IMG/VR virus record: IMGVR_UViG_3300020235_000016
Coordinates: 1 to 47,533 of that record
Source: a virus
Lineage: Duplodnaviria; Caudoviricetes
Length of the DNA: 47,533 nucleotides
Strand: one strand, 5' to 3'
Shown here: positions 9,545-19,801 of the stretch, piece after piece
How positions within the stretch are numbered: the stretch's first letter is position 1
Layout of the letters: each line of letters starts with the position of its first letter
Position numbers and translations under genes: made by a program
The notes under the pieces: model-generated
What the model saw: only the letters and a program-made list of their open reading frames with translations
What the model was told of the DNA's origin: nothing
Databases searched by the model: none

Positions 9545-10311
9545 CAGATGTAGGCTGCGCCGATCGCGCCGGCGGCGCCAAGAACGGCGCCAAACTTCGA
9601 CCCGCTTGCCGCGGCCTCACCGGCGGCAACGGCGGCGTCCGCACTGAGCTGCGCACCCTTGAGGGCGGCGGCGGTGTTGACCTTGAACAGCTTCTCCTGG
9701 ACACCGGTCTGGGCCAGCATGTTGGCAAACCCCTGCTGCGCGGCGAACTTGCGCTCGTCGATCGCTGCGGTGAGCTGAGACTTCTGCCCCAGCACCTGGG
9801 ACAGAGTGTCGTAGCGCCCGGCGATGTTCTCGCGCTCGGCGAAGATCGGGTTGAGGTTGGCCGCGGCCGAGGCGCGGTTCCGGCCGCGCTCGTTCTGGCT
9901 CATCATGCCCATCACGCCTTGCGTCTGGCCCGCGAAGGCGCGGTTCTGCCCCGCCTCGGAGAGGAAGCCACCGTCCAGCTCGGCCGACTGCAGGAGCCGG
10001 GCGTAGATGCCCGGCGTGTTGAACTGAAAGTCTTCCGGGCCGACACCCTCGAGCCCCAGGTCTTCCCTGTACCCCATCTCCTTCTTCAGGCGCTTGTAGA
10101 TCTTCTTGATCTCCCAGTCCCTGTTTAGGTGTATTACGCCAGCGCCACGGGGATTGTCGCGGTAGTACTCGTCCTCCGCCTGCTGCTTCAGCTCATCCCT
10201 GGTGAACTCGGGGTCACCAGGGCGTAGCGCCAGCGGGTCGATCTGGCCCTGCTGGATCACAGGCTGGCCGCCGTAGTCGAAGCCCGACAGGAACTCGCTC
10301 ATTGAGACCAT
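9544..10311 (-). CDS. Putative small ejection/pilot protein (255 aa)
   Basis: Gln/Ala-rich with a Gly/Ala hydrophobic C-terminus (FGAVLGAAGAIGAAYI), typical of DNA-transfer proteins; synteny. Confidence 0.6.
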   Translation of the reverse strand: MVSMSEFLSGFDYGGQPVIQQGQIDPLALRPGDPEFTRDELKQQAEDEYYRDNPRGAGVIHLNRDWEIKKIYKRLKKEMGYREDLGLEGVGPEDFQFNTPGIYARLLQSAELDGGFLSEAGQNRAFAGQTQGVMGMMSQNERGRNRASAAANLNPIFAERENIAGRYDTLSQVLGQKSQLTAAIDERKFAAQQGFANMLAQTGVQEKLFKVNTAAALKGAQLSADAAVAAGEAAASGSKFGAVLGAAGAIGAAYI

Positions 10312-10315
10312 GGGT

Positions 10316-13300
10316 TCACCTGTTGTCCGTTACCGCCGCGCGCACCGTGACGTCGAGGAGCTCGAAGTCGATGTCGACGGCCGGCGTGACCGTCTTCATT
10401 ACCGCCCGCACGGTGCGGAACTCCTTCACAATGTGGCTCACCAACACGTCCGACGCTGCTTTCTTCAGGTCGAGCGTAGCCTCTACTCCCTCAGCGACCG
10501 CCGCAAGGTCTCGGTGCATGGCCACCTTCAGTTGCCCCGAGGCTTTCGGGACGCGCGTCACGTTCAGCCAATAGCCCTCCTTCTGCAGGAAGGGCACGTC
10601 CCAGTCCATGTCCTTGGTCGACCAGCGCGAGAGGAGAGCCCCCACGCTCACCGTGGCTAAGATCGCGGGGGTGGGCACCTCCTGCTTCCCGTCGCCCTCG
10701 AGCAGGATCCTGAGGTCGGAGTTCTGATCCAGGTAGGCCGACATGATGTAGCCGAACTGCTCGACCCCGTCGGCGTCCAGCCAACGCAGCGGCGCACCGC
10801 GCGGACCCTCGAAGACGTTGTCGAAGACACCCTCGAAGACGCCGCCCACCCCGGCCTCGAGCGTCGGGTCACCCCACACGCTGGCGTTGGGGCCCATCAT
10901 CACCGAGCGCGTGTCGCTGCGGTCCATCCAGACCAAGAAGCCCTCGCCCGTCCCGCCGACCAGGTCGTGCGGCCCACCGTCCTTGGACACGACGCTGCCC
11001 AGCGCCACGACGCGCGGGCCGGCGTACTTGCTGAAGCGGTGGCCGGCGATCACCGCGTTCACCGCCGCGTCACCGTCGAAGGGATGGTCGAATTCGATCG
11101 AGAAGCGGTCCTCGGCCAGGTGGTAGTCCCGGTCCTTGGCGGTGAAGATGTACTGGTCGCGCAGGCGGTTCACTGCGCCCGAGACGCGCGTGAGGTAGAG
11201 CGGGTCGATCGTGCTCTTGAAGTACGGGGCAATGCGCCGGCCGATGAACACCGGCTCCTCCGTGAGGCTGAAGAAGATGCCCGGCCCGCGGTCGGAGACG
11301 AAGTACAGCCGGCCCTCGAAGTCGACCACGCTCTGGTCCGAGACCGCCCCGTCGTTCTTGGACATCTGCTGTGTGACGAGCACGAGCCCCGACGCGCCCT
11401 GCTCGATCGACGCGCGGAAGATCGAGTTGCGCTTGAAGATCACCGCCTGGCCGGCGAACGATCGGATCGCGATCACGCCCACCTGGTCGCCCGTGTCCAC
11501 CGGTGCCACCTGGCCAAGCGGAACCACCTCGGGACGGAACGGCACGCTGAAGGCCAGGCCGTCCAGCTGGCGCTCCCCGCCGAGGGAGATGTCGCCGTAC
11601 CACATGGCCGACTGCGCCACGCCCACGTGCGCAGCGTCGGGCGGCGCCCCCTCGTTGAAGTCGAGCACCGCGGCGAAGGTCTGGAACAGCTCGTCGTCCA
11701 GCCTGATCGAGAACGAATCGGAGCGTGAGTCGACCTCGCCCACGAGGAAGAACTCCCCGCCGTCCGCCACGGTCATGAAGATCTGCAGCAGCGTCCTCTG
11801 CGGGTCGCTCGAGACGGGCAAGCCCGTGAGGGTGATCGTTAGATCGGCCGATGGATTCTCGATGTCCTCCTCGGCGGCGAACACCTCCAGCTCGGCGGAC
11901 GGGAACGACTTCGCCAGGTTCTTGGGGTCGAGGAAGCGGGTGCGCACGCGCCGGATGCCGGTCGCCTGCTCCACGAGCTCGGAGAAGTTCAGGTCGTTGG
12001 CGCTGGTCGACGCCGTGGCGTTGGCCGTGATCTTGCGGTCCTTGTTGGGCTGGCTCGAGGACGCCACCGTGATCGGAGTGGCATAGGGACGGACGTCGAC
12101 GGCAGTGCGGGCGAGCCCCGCGTCCACCGACAGCTGGCCGATGCTCGTGCCCGACCACGGGAAGTCCGAGATGCTGGACGGCTCCGCCTCCTGGTCGCCG
12201 AAGCGGTCGGTGCCGATCTCCGCCCCGGAGGCGAAGACGCTATGCGTGCTGACGTCGGCCTCCTCGAAGATGTCCGGCTCCTCGACGGCGTTGCCGTCGG
12301 CGTCGTTGGTGCCGGTGAACATGCCGTACTTGAAGCTGTGGATCACGCCGTCGAAGGGGCGCAACCCGTTGAGGGGGTTGGACGACAGTTGCGATCCGCC
12401 GATCTCGATGGGGTAGGTGTCGTCGTCGGGGTGCGCGGAGTCGTCGTAGCCGTCGGACTTCACCAGCGACACGTTGGGGCCGATCAAGATGTCCGTGCCC
12501 GGCGGGAAGTCCGCGGCCACGAAGCCGGGGACGTTGCCGTCCAGGTCGACCACCCTGACCTGGGTCACCGACTCCACCTCGACGATGCGGAACACCTTGC
12601 CGTTGAAGTTCACCGACCCACCCGAGGGCTGATTGGTGATCTGCAGCAGCATGCCCGTGTGGTCGAGCGTGATCCGGCCCTCGATGTTGGTGAGTCCGAT
12701 GGAATCCGTGTCGACAAACGTCGCGGTCTCCTTCATCACGGGACCGGTGATGGTGTACGTGTCGTCCGCGGGCAGGGACGGGGTCACCACCGTGTCAGCC
12801 AGCACGAACGAAATGCACGCCCGCATGCTGGATGCGTTCACTTGCCAGTCGGCAACCGTGCCGCCGGGGTAGGGGATGGAAGCCTTGAGGTCGTAGCCCG
12901 TCCATCGGTCGTAGTTCGCCGGGTTGGTGAGGTCTTCCTTAGGCACGCGCCGCACCACAAGCATGTCTCGCGCGTTGACCTCCGTGGCGCTGATGTCGAT
13001 CAGGAAGCTGCTGTTCGCCCAGTTGGACGCAGCGACCGCGGCCGCGCTGTTCCAGTGCGGCTCCGTCCCCGTGTTCAGCCCCTTGCGCGGATAGAACTTG
13101 CGGGCGTAGAGGTAGTAGTCGTAGCCGGGCTCGATGATGGCCTTGTCGGTGCGGACGAACTGCTCCTTCTTGAACACGCTGTCCCACCAGCCGAAGTACA
13201 CGTAGCCGTCGCGAATCTCGATGAAGGGCCCGCCCGAGCGCAGCGAGTTGCGGCGCGAGTAGAGCGGGATGCGCCCGTCGACCGAGTTCATCTTGAACAG

Positions 13301-16300
13301 GCAGGCGAAGGCGAAGAACTTGTCCGGGCCCCAGTCCATATCGGGGTCGCCCAGCTGCCGGATGTAGCTCGTGCCGGGGATGCGGTAGTGGTACAGCAGC
13401 TCGTCGACCGAAGCGTCCCGCGTGTCCAGCTGCAGGATGCCGTCGTTCTCCACGTCACCCCCGATGTCGAACTCGTTCAGCTCGAACAGCGGCGTGCGCG
13501 TCAAGGCAAAGTCGGGCACCGACTGCGGAGCGAGCAGCCCCGCCGGCCGCACCTCCCCGTCCTCGATGATCGCCACCCGCCCACCGTTGGCCACGTAGAT
13601 CTCGCGGCCGTAGTTGGCCATCGACACGGGCTCCTCGCTGGGGCCCATCTCGTGGTACAGGGAGATCAGGGGGTGCCCGTGGATCGCCGCGAACCGGCCC
13701 TGCTTGGTGTCCTCGACCAGGTGGCCGACACCCAGGTCCGTGCCATCCGCCAGCACGCGTGAGTACGTGGCCCAGCTGCCGCCCTCGTCCGCATAGCTGA
13801 CGCCGTGCGGATTGAAGGGGGCCTCGTCGTCGAAGTTTGCCGTCTGCTCGACCTGGTGCACCAAGACGAACAGCCCCAGCCGGCCACCGAGACAGTGCAT
13901 CCATCCCTGCGCCCGGTTGGGGAGCACGGCGTCGGCTTCGGGCGACGAAGTCACAAGGGCCTCGGACGCTCGAGCGCAGCCGAGGACAAGGTCGAAGTCG
14001 GACGTGGGGTCGACGTCGTTGGCGGCGATGGTCCAGTCCGGCAGCGTGAGTGTGTCCTCGATCTGGTAGGCGATGACCGAGACCGGCTTGCCGTTCACGA
14101 ACAGGATCGGGAGCTGGTAGTTCGCACCCGTGCGCAGGAGGAACCAGCGGATGTGCACCCATTCGCCACGCGGCACGCGCGAGGCGCCCTTGGCGATGAA
14201 CAGGCCGTGCTCGGGAACCACCGCGGTCGACACGCCCGTCGAGCCCAGGCAGAACTCGGGGCGCCCGTCGCGCAGCCGCAGCCACCACGAGATCCCGTGC
14301 CCCGTGGCGCCCGCGTCCTTGCCGGGGTCGGTGTCCTGCCGGCCGCACCAGGCGACGGTCTGGATCGGGAAGTAGTCGTCCAGCCAGACCCAGGCATCCC
14401 ACATCAGCTCGCGGCTGGCGGCGGGGAAGGTGAAGCTCGACGCGTCGGCGAGGACGATGCGATCGTCCTGCAGTGGCATCGAGAACCCGGTCGCCGGATC
14501 GCGCCGCGCGCGCAGGTGGATCGACCTGTTGAGCCTGCTGTTGGGGCCAGTGAGGCGCCAGCGGTCGTCACCCTCGAAGATTGACCCCTGACCTGACACG
14601 AAAAGGGAGTCCTCGAGGGATCGGAGACCCAGGATTGCATTCTGGCGAGGACTCGCCAGACCCCGACCCCATGTCGGATACAGGTCACGCGAGCGCCCCA
14701 CGGCCACCGGCGACAGTAGCGTGACGACCCAGTCGACTCCACCGGGGGCCACGTTCTTCCAGTACGGAGACGTGTCGATCGCATCGTCGACGACGCTGCC
14801 CCCGTAGCTGAGGGGCCGGCCCTTGCCCAGTGGCAACGGCTTGCGCGAGATGTCGTCCCCGAAGGCCGTGTAGCCGATCAGCCGGAACGTGCTGGCCGAA
14901 ACCCCCACCTTGGACTCGCCCTCGTACGGGGTCGCCAGGGTCAGCGTCGTGGCCGTCACCCCCACGATGAAGTAGGCGCGCGGGTACGCCTTGGCGAGCT
15001 GCTCCTCCTGCGGGAGGACCGCGACCTCGTCCTGGATCCTGATGAAGCTGCCCAGGAGGTTGCGGAGGTCGAGCTCGGGGCGGCCCAGCGGGAAGTCCGT
15101 GTTGCCCCCGGCCTGCACCGTGGTCGACCCGCGCGTCACGGTCACGGCGTGATTCCCCGCACCGACGGATAGAAGGATGTCTTCCTCTTCCAGTTCACGC
15201 TCGGGGTAGGTGTGCCCGCCCTTCACCTTGCCGGTGCCCGTGGGCACGGCGGCGCCGGCGCCGGACGCAGCCAGGTCGCCGGGGGCCGTGCACCCGAACA
15301 CCCGAACCGAGTCCACGAACACCTTGGCGCCCATCTCACACCAGGCGCGCTCGAAGGGGTCCACCCCGCCGCCGATGACGATCACGCTCCGCTCGAGGTC
15401 TCGAGCCCGCATGGTCTCGGCCTGGAACAGGGTGAACTCAGCGTTGGGGTTCTGCGCCGAGTTGAGCAGCGACTCGGAGGGCGACCAGGCCAGGTAGACC
15501 GTCACGGCATCGGGCGTCGAGCTGGGCTGCACGCCCACCTGCACCGTGATCGTCCGCCCCACCCAGTCCGAGTTCAGGTGGTAGCGGGGGAAGTTGTTCG
15601 AGCCCGTCCGATACCAGGAGTACATGCCGGTCTGTCCGGGCTGATCACGGTCGGGCGGCAGCAGGCCCACGCCCTCCTCGTCGGCTTCGAGCGGGAAACG
15701 CGCCTCGAAGCCCATGCCGTAGAAGAACGGCTCCGAGGCGGCCGTGGCGCTCGCAGGGTCGGCCGTGATGAACGGGATGTGCACGCGCTGGCCGAACTCC
15801 AGCAGCGGATGCAGCGGCACGCGCGTGCCCTCCCCGTAGTAGGGATCGCCCGTGACCGGCGTCACGAGGTCCGGCCGCTTCACCGACCAGGTCATGAGCG
15901 GCGCCGCGAACTTGGCCTCCCACAGCGTGTCCGTGACGCCCACACCGCCGGTCGGAGAGCCGACGACCTCGCGCTGCATGGCGTAGCTCGCACCGGTCAG
16001 CCTGAACTTTATCTGCACCGCAAAGCCGGCCGTGCGCTCCTGCTGCATGCGCCGCACCAGGCCCCGGAGCACCGGGTTCTCCGAGAAGTCGAGCTTGATG
16101 CGCTCGCCCTCGCCCGAGAGGTAGACCTGCTTCTCGCCCTCATTCCCGGCCTCGACCACGGGCATGGCGAACGGAGCGAACACGCCGTGATTCGCGGCGA
16201 CCTTGTCACGACAGACGCCACCGCCACCGTCGGACAGCGGCCACCACCCGACCAGGTCCGCCGCGCCGGGCTCTGCGGTGTCGCCGAGGTCCGTCTCGTG

Positions 16301-18124
16301 CCACAGGCTGAACTCCGCGCTCTTGTCGGTGTAGCTGCGCGCCTTGTCGTAGATCCTGAAGTCGGAGACCATGGTCGCGCGCTGGTTCCAGCGGAAGCAC
16401 CGCACCGTCACGCCGAAGGTGTTGTTGATCGTGTAGCTGCCGCTCGGCCCGAACGATGCAGCCACACCGTCGATCCAGTCCGTGCCCACCTCGGGCGTGA
16501 TGCGGTAGCTGTAGGCTGGCGTGCCGTAGGCCTCCAGGTTCTCCATGGTCCCGATGGAGAGCATGAACCCGCCGGCGTTTTCGATGCTGACGCCGGCGGC
16601 GTCGGCCTGCAGCACAAGGCGGTAGCCTCGCAGCGCCTCGATGTTCACGCCGCCAACCTCGTCGGGGTCGAGCCCCTGCCAGGCTCTGTCGTGGATGCCC
16701 CACGGGTGTCGGCCCGAGCTGATGATGCCGTCCCAAACGGAGGTCTCGAGGCCCCAGTTGCTGGACAGTCCCGTGCCGAAGTCGACCATCCCCGCCATGG
16801 AGATCTCGATGTTCGTCTCGGAGGTCTTGTGCGCCGCACGCAGCTGGTACAGCACGATCTTGGTGTTGCCCGCACCGGGGGCCTGGTCGGGCTTCTGGTA
16901 GTCGGCCAGGTCCGTCACGGTCTGCAGCGACTGATCGGTAATCCTGAACCCACCGTTCTCCAGCGGAGCGGAGTCGATGCCGGCGTAGGTGTGGCCGGCT
17001 GCGGTCCACGGAAGGCAGCGATAGCCGAGGCCCAGGTGCATCTCCTCGCGCCCGGACCAACGGATCCCGTAGCGGCAGAAGTAGTCGAGGTTGTCGGCCG
17101 GGCCCTTGTAGCGGTAGATTGTCGCGGAGGCCGGCGCCGCCTGGTCGTAGCTGAATGACTGAATCGAACCGTCGTCCGTCTTCGCATGGATCTCCAGCTT
17201 CCCGTCCGAGTTCCACGCTGTGGTGGGAGTCGATCCCGTCCCGGCCGATCCCGTATCGACTGACAATCCAAGTTCTACGTGATACGTTCGACCAGGCTCA
17301 ACGAATAGAGGCGCAACAACAGCTCGGTAAGCTAGGGTGCAGTGGTCACCTACTCCGGTCCCGTCCGTTGCCTCTGACAACGTACCGTCCGTGAGCAGGT
17401 AGCGCATGCCGCTCGGTCGCCAGGCCCCGAAGCCCGGCGCGTCCAGCCACATGAACACCAGCATGTAGTTGGACTCACGCGCCTGGTACAGCGTCGTCGC
17501 CACGCCCAACAGGTTGTCGCCGTTGAGCACGTCCAGGTCGAGCAGCGTGCCGGTGTTGACGATGCCCAGCGCCCAGCTCATGGGCGTCATGCCGTCGCCA
17601 CCCTTCTGCGCGATGATCGTCACCTCGTCGAGAGCCAGGTCGGCGCCGAGCTCGGTGCGCAGGTTCGAGCCGGCCGCGTACGCACCGGTGGGGTTGGTCG
17701 GTGCGGCGAACAGGCGCTCGGTGTCCGGCAGCTTGAACGAGACCTTCAGGCCGAAGCTCTTGCCGCGCCGGGCAGCGAACACGCGCTGGGACTTGGGGTC
17801 GGTCTCGCTGCCGTGCCCGGCCACGGCGAAGTCCCCGCCGATGTCCTGGTCCTCCGCGTAAGGGATCGTGACGTGACCGTGTACCGGCGCCGACTTCTCA
17901 TAGAGCACCGGCAGCCGGCCGTCCATGCTGGGCCGGCACAGAACGCCCGGCCGCGGCGCGACCTTGTTGCCGAACTTGATCGCCCCGCCCGCTGCGCGCA
18001 CGGAGCCCCTGTCGAAGTCGACGTTCAGGCAGTCCGGCGTCTCACCGAGGCTCTGCAGGAACGGGTTCGTCTGTAGGTTGAGTCCCGCGGCGATCGGGAC
18101 CAACCGGATCGGCACACCACTCAT
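10316..18124 (-). CDS. Very large tail nozzle / packaged-DNA stabilisation-like protein with LamG-like insertions (2602 aa)
   Basis: N-terminus GLN...ETPDCLNVDFDRGSVR and C-terminal GAVSDQSVVDFEGRLYFVSDRG...IGRRI resemble podovirus nozzle propellers. Internal LVGWWPLSDG, WDAWVWLD, GEWVHI and FVNGKPV resemble LamG domains. Follows the adaptor gene. Confidence 0.65.
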   Translation of the reverse strand: MSGVPIRLVPIAAGLNLQTNPFLQSLGETPDCLNVDFDRGSVRAAGGAIKFGNKVAPRPGVLCRPSMDGRLPVLYEKSAPVHGHVTIPYAEDQDIGGDFAVAGHGSETDPKSQRVFAARRGKSFGLKVSFKLPDTERLFAAPTNPTGAYAAGSNLRTELGADLALDEVTIIAQKGGDGMTPMSWALGIVNTGTLLDLDVLNGDNLLGVATTLYQARESNYMLVFMWLDAPGFGAWRPSGMRYLLTDGTLSEATDGTGVGDHCTLAYRAVVAPLFVEPGRTYHVELGLSVDTGSAGTGSTPTTAWNSDGKLEIHAKTDDGSIQSFSYDQAAPASATIYRYKGPADNLDYFCRYGIRWSGREEMHLGLGYRCLPWTAAGHTYAGIDSAPLENGGFRITDQSLQTVTDLADYQKPDQAPGAGNTKIVLYQLRAAHKTSETNIEISMAGMVDFGTGLSSNWGLETSVWDGIISSGRHPWGIHDRAWQGLDPDEVGGVNIEALRGYRLVLQADAAGVSIENAGGFMLSIGTMENLEAYGTPAYSYRITPEVGTDWIDGVAASFGPSGSYTINNTFGVTVRCFRWNQRATMVSDFRIYDKARSYTDKSAEFSLWHETDLGDTAEPGAADLVGWWPLSDGGGGVCRDKVAANHGVFAPFAMPVVEAGNEGEKQVYLSGEGERIKLDFSENPVLRGLVRRMQQERTAGFAVQIKFRLTGASYAMQREVVGSPTGGVGVTDTLWEAKFAAPLMTWSVKRPDLVTPVTGDPYYGEGTRVPLHPLLEFGQRVHIPFITADPASATAASEPFFYGMGFEARFPLEADEEGVGLLPPDRDQPGQTGMYSWYRTGSNNFPRYHLNSDWVGRTITVQVGVQPSSTPDAVTVYLAWSPSESLLNSAQNPNAEFTLFQAETMRARDLERSVIVIGGGVDPFERAWCEMGAKVFVDSVRVFGCTAPGDLAASGAGAAVPTGTGKVKGGHTYPERELEEEDILLSVGAGNHAVTVTRGSTTVQAGGNTDFPLGRPELDLRNLLGSFIRIQDEVAVLPQEEQLAKAYPRAYFIVGVTATTLTLATPYEGESKVGVSASTFRLIGYTAFGDDISRKPLPLGKGRPLSYGGSVVDDAIDTSPYWKNVAPGGVDWVVTLLSPVAVGRSRDLYPTWGRGLASPRQNAILGLRSLEDSLFVSGQGSIFEGDDRWRLTGPNSRLNRSIHLRARRDPATGFSMPLQDDRIVLADASSFTFPAASRELMWDAWVWLDDYFPIQTVAWCGRQDTDPGKDAGATGHGISWWLRLRDGRPEFCLGSTGVSTAVVPEHGLFIAKGASRVPRGEWVHIRWFLLRTGANYQLPILFVNGKPVSVIAYQIEDTLTLPDWTIAANDVDPTSDFDLVLGCARASEALVTSSPEADAVLPNRAQGWMHCLGGRLGLFVLVHQVEQTANFDDEAPFNPHGVSYADEGGSWATYSRVLADGTDLGVGHLVEDTKQGRFAAIHGHPLISLYHEMGPSEEPVSMANYGREIYVANGGRVAIIEDGEVRPAGLLAPQSVPDFALTRTPLFELNEFDIGGDVENDGILQLDTRDASVDELLYHYRIPGTSYIRQLGDPDMDWGPDKFFAFACLFKMNSVDGRIPLYSRRNSLRSGGPFIEIRDGYVYFGWWDSVFKKEQFVRTDKAIIEPGYDYYLYARKFYPRKGLNTGTEPHWNSAAAVAASNWANSSFLIDISATEVNARDMLVVRRVPKEDLTNPANYDRWTGYDLKASIPYPGGTVADWQVNASSMRACISFVLADTVVTPSLPADDTYTITGPVMKETATFVDTDSIGLTNIEGRITLDHTGMLLQITNQPSGGSVNFNGKVFRIVEVESVTQVRVVDLDGNVPGFVAADFPPGTDILIGPNVSLVKSDGYDDSAHPDDDTYPIEIGGSQLSSNPLNGLRPFDGVIHSFKYGMFTGTNDADGNAVEEPDIFEEADVSTHSVFASGAEIGTDRFGDQEAEPSSISDFPWSGTSIGQLSVDAGLARTAVDVRPYATPITVASSSQPNKDRKITANATASTSANDLNFSELVEQATGIRRVRTRFLDPKNLAKSFPSAELEVFAAEEDIENPSADLTITLTGLPVSSDPQRTLLQIFMTVADGGEFFLVGEVDSRSDSFSIRLDDELFQTFAAVLDFNEGAPPDAAHVGVAQSAMWYGDISLGGERQLDGLAFSVPFRPEVVPLGQVAPVDTGDQVGVIAIRSFAGQAVIFKRNSIFRASIEQGASGLVLVTQQMSKNDGAVSDQSVVDFEGRLYFVSDRGPGIFFSLTEEPVFIGRRIAPYFKSTIDPLYLTRVSGAVNRLRDQYIFTAKDRDYHLAEDRFSIEFDHPFDGDAAVNAVIAGHRFSKYAGPRVVALGSVVSKDGGPHDLVGGTGEGFLVWMDRSDTRSVMMGPNASVWGDPTLEAGVGGVFEGVFDNVFEGPRGAPLRWLDADGVEQFGYIMSAYLDQNSDLRILLEGDGKQEVPTPAILATVSVGALLSRWSTKDMDWDVPFLQKEGYWLNVTRVPKASGQLKVAMHRDLAAVAEGVEATLDLKKAASDVLVSHIVKEFRTVRAVMKTVTPAVDIDFELLDVTVRAAVTDNR

Positions 18125-19119
18125 CCGAGGAACTCAACGCTCCAGTCCTTGTTCTCGTCGAAGCGGCCCTCCTGGTCGGGGCTGCCCATGAGGTCGGGCG
18201 ACTGCTGCTGGCGCGGCCGCAGCGAGGAGAGGAAGGTCTGCAGGCCACCCGCGATCACGCTCTCGAGCATCCTGATGCCCTCGGTGTGGCGTGTCTTGTG
18301 GAACAGTGACCTGGCCACGCGCGCCGTAACGAACTCGAAGCTCGACTCGTCGACCGGCAGGTGCATCTCGTACGTGTCGCCCACCTGGGGCTTGGTCGGG
18401 AACTTCGGGAAGACGGTGCATTCCACGACCCAGGCCGGGGTCGCCAGGCTGGCGTCGTAGAACTGGACCTGGCTGGTGATCTGATGCACTGCGCCGCGCC
18501 GGTTGCTCGTCTCGGTCGACCCTGTGATCAGCTCGATCTCGGCCCCCACGTAGGAGTCCACCTCCCAGTCGAGCATGAACGGTTCCAGGGTCTCGCCGTC
18601 GATGCCAATCGCCGTAGGCGCAGAGGCGAAGCGGAACTGCTCCCTGGAGGGCGGCTCCGAGTCGATCGTTCCGTAGTGCAGGGGCGCCGGCAGCTTGTGG
18701 CACTCGAACTCCAGGTCGACGGGATTCTTGAACCCGTTGAGGTCGAACGAACGGTCACCCGAGACGAACCAGCCCTTGCCGGCGGAGCGCGGGTAGGAGA
18801 TGCGCGGGACGAGCCTGCCGCGCTGGCCCGCGAACTTGTCCGTGATCTCGCGGATGCCCAGGATGCGATACCACCACGACGGAACCGTGTAGCGCCAAAC
18901 GTCGTCCTTGAGACGGCGCACCCGGTCGTGGAAGTCCGCGGCCGCCGTGTCGAAGCGCAGGCTCGTGAACCCGTGGCTGTTCTCGGCGTCCGCCCGGTGC
19001 CGGTACAGGTAGCGATTGTGATGCGTGATCCAGCGGGTGATCTCGACGTCCGACCAGAACTCCACGTTCGGATCGTTGGTCTTTTCCCTGACCGCAGTGA
19101 TGACGTCGCGAACCCTCAT
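18121..19119 (-). CDS. Head-tail adaptor protein (332 aa)
   Basis: Start reassigned to ATG 19119 (ATGA overlap); N-terminus DVITAVREKTND...FWSDVEITRWI is typical of phage adaptors; lies between MCP and nozzle. Confidence 0.65.
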   Translation of the reverse strand: MRVRDVITAVREKTNDPNVEFWSDVEITRWITHHNRYLYRHRADAENSHGFTSLRFDTAAADFHDRVRRLKDDVWRYTVPSWWYRILGIREITDKFAGQRGRLVPRISYPRSAGKGWFVSGDRSFDLNGFKNPVDLEFECHKLPAPLHYGTIDSEPPSREQFRFASAPTAIGIDGETLEPFMLDWEVDSYVGAEIELITGSTETSNRRGAVHQITSQVQFYDASLATPAWVVECTVFPKFPTKPQVGDTYEMHLPVDESSFEFVTARVARSLFHKTRHTEGIRMLESVIAGGLQTFLSSLRPRQQQSPDLMGSPDQEGRFDENKDWSVEFLG

Positions 19120-19304
19120 CCGCTTTCCTTCATCCTCTGCAGGGTGGACCAGATCTCCGTGAAGATCACACCCACCGACCCGATCACGATGGCAAAGACG
19201 ATCTTCCGTCCCCACGCCGTGATCACTGCGTAGTTCTTTTCGAGCCGGTCAATGCGTTCCTCGTGGACTGCCACTGTCACCTCCAGGTTCGTCTTCTCCG
19301 TCAC
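19116..19304 (-). CDS. Small coiled-coil plus single-TM protein (XhlA/holin-like, 62 aa)
   Basis: VAVHEERIDRLEK followed by hydrophobic IVFAIVIGSVGVIF; coupled at both ends. Confidence 0.5.
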   Translation of the reverse strand: MTEKTNLEVTVAVHEERIDRLEKNYAVITAWGRKIVFAIVIGSVGVIFTEIWSTLQRMKESG

Positions 19305-19762
19305 CGTGGCCTCCGTTTGATGCCGTGCAGGACCTTGCTGAACTCTTGTTGCACGGGCACGACGAGCTTGTTCCTGACAAGGTGACGAAGCCGGGAGTGT
19401 CCCTCACCACCAGGAGCGAACCACTGCTGAATGTGCTCATCGCAGAGCCGTTCGCGATCCTCCTGGTGCTGCTTCTGATCCTTGACAGAGTCCTGAATCC
19501 ACGAGGTGCGGCCACCGTGCACCCCCGCGGCATCCATCTTCTGCAGGGCCACCGCGTCGATCTCGGATGGATCGCGCGGATGGCCCAGCATGTCCTTGAT
19601 GATGTGAACGAAGTACTTCTCCCCGCGCTGGCTCGTACACCAGATCTGCCAGCACTCCGGGTGCGCGTTCATCTTCCTTGCCTGCAGACGGTTCCTGCAC
19701 AGGAACAGCATCGGGTTCACCCGACGCTGAATCTCCCGCTCGAAGTTGCCCTGTCTGCGCAT
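19301..19762 (-). CDS. Hypothetical protein after MCP (153 aa)
   Basis: Fills the gap in the operon; GTGA overlap with the next gene. Confidence 0.7.
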   Translation of the reverse strand: MRRQGNFEREIQRRVNPMLFLCRNRLQARKMNAHPECWQIWCTSQRGEKYFVHIIKDMLGHPRDPSEIDAVALQKMDAAGVHGGRTSWIQDSVKDQKQHQEDRERLCDEHIQQWFAPGGEGHSRLRHLVRNKLVVPVQQEFSKVLHGIKRRPR

Positions 19763-19769
19763 GGTGTGC

Positions 19770-19795
19770 GGCCGGGGGCCTCGCGACCCCCGGCC
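19770..19795 (-). terminator. GC-rich hairpin immediately after the MCP stop
   Basis: GGCCGGGGG(C)C-TCGC-GACCCCCGGCC inverted repeat; no U-tract, so possibly a stabiliser or attenuator rather than a terminator. Confidence 0.45.
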
Positions 19796-19801
19796 TGTTG
19801 T

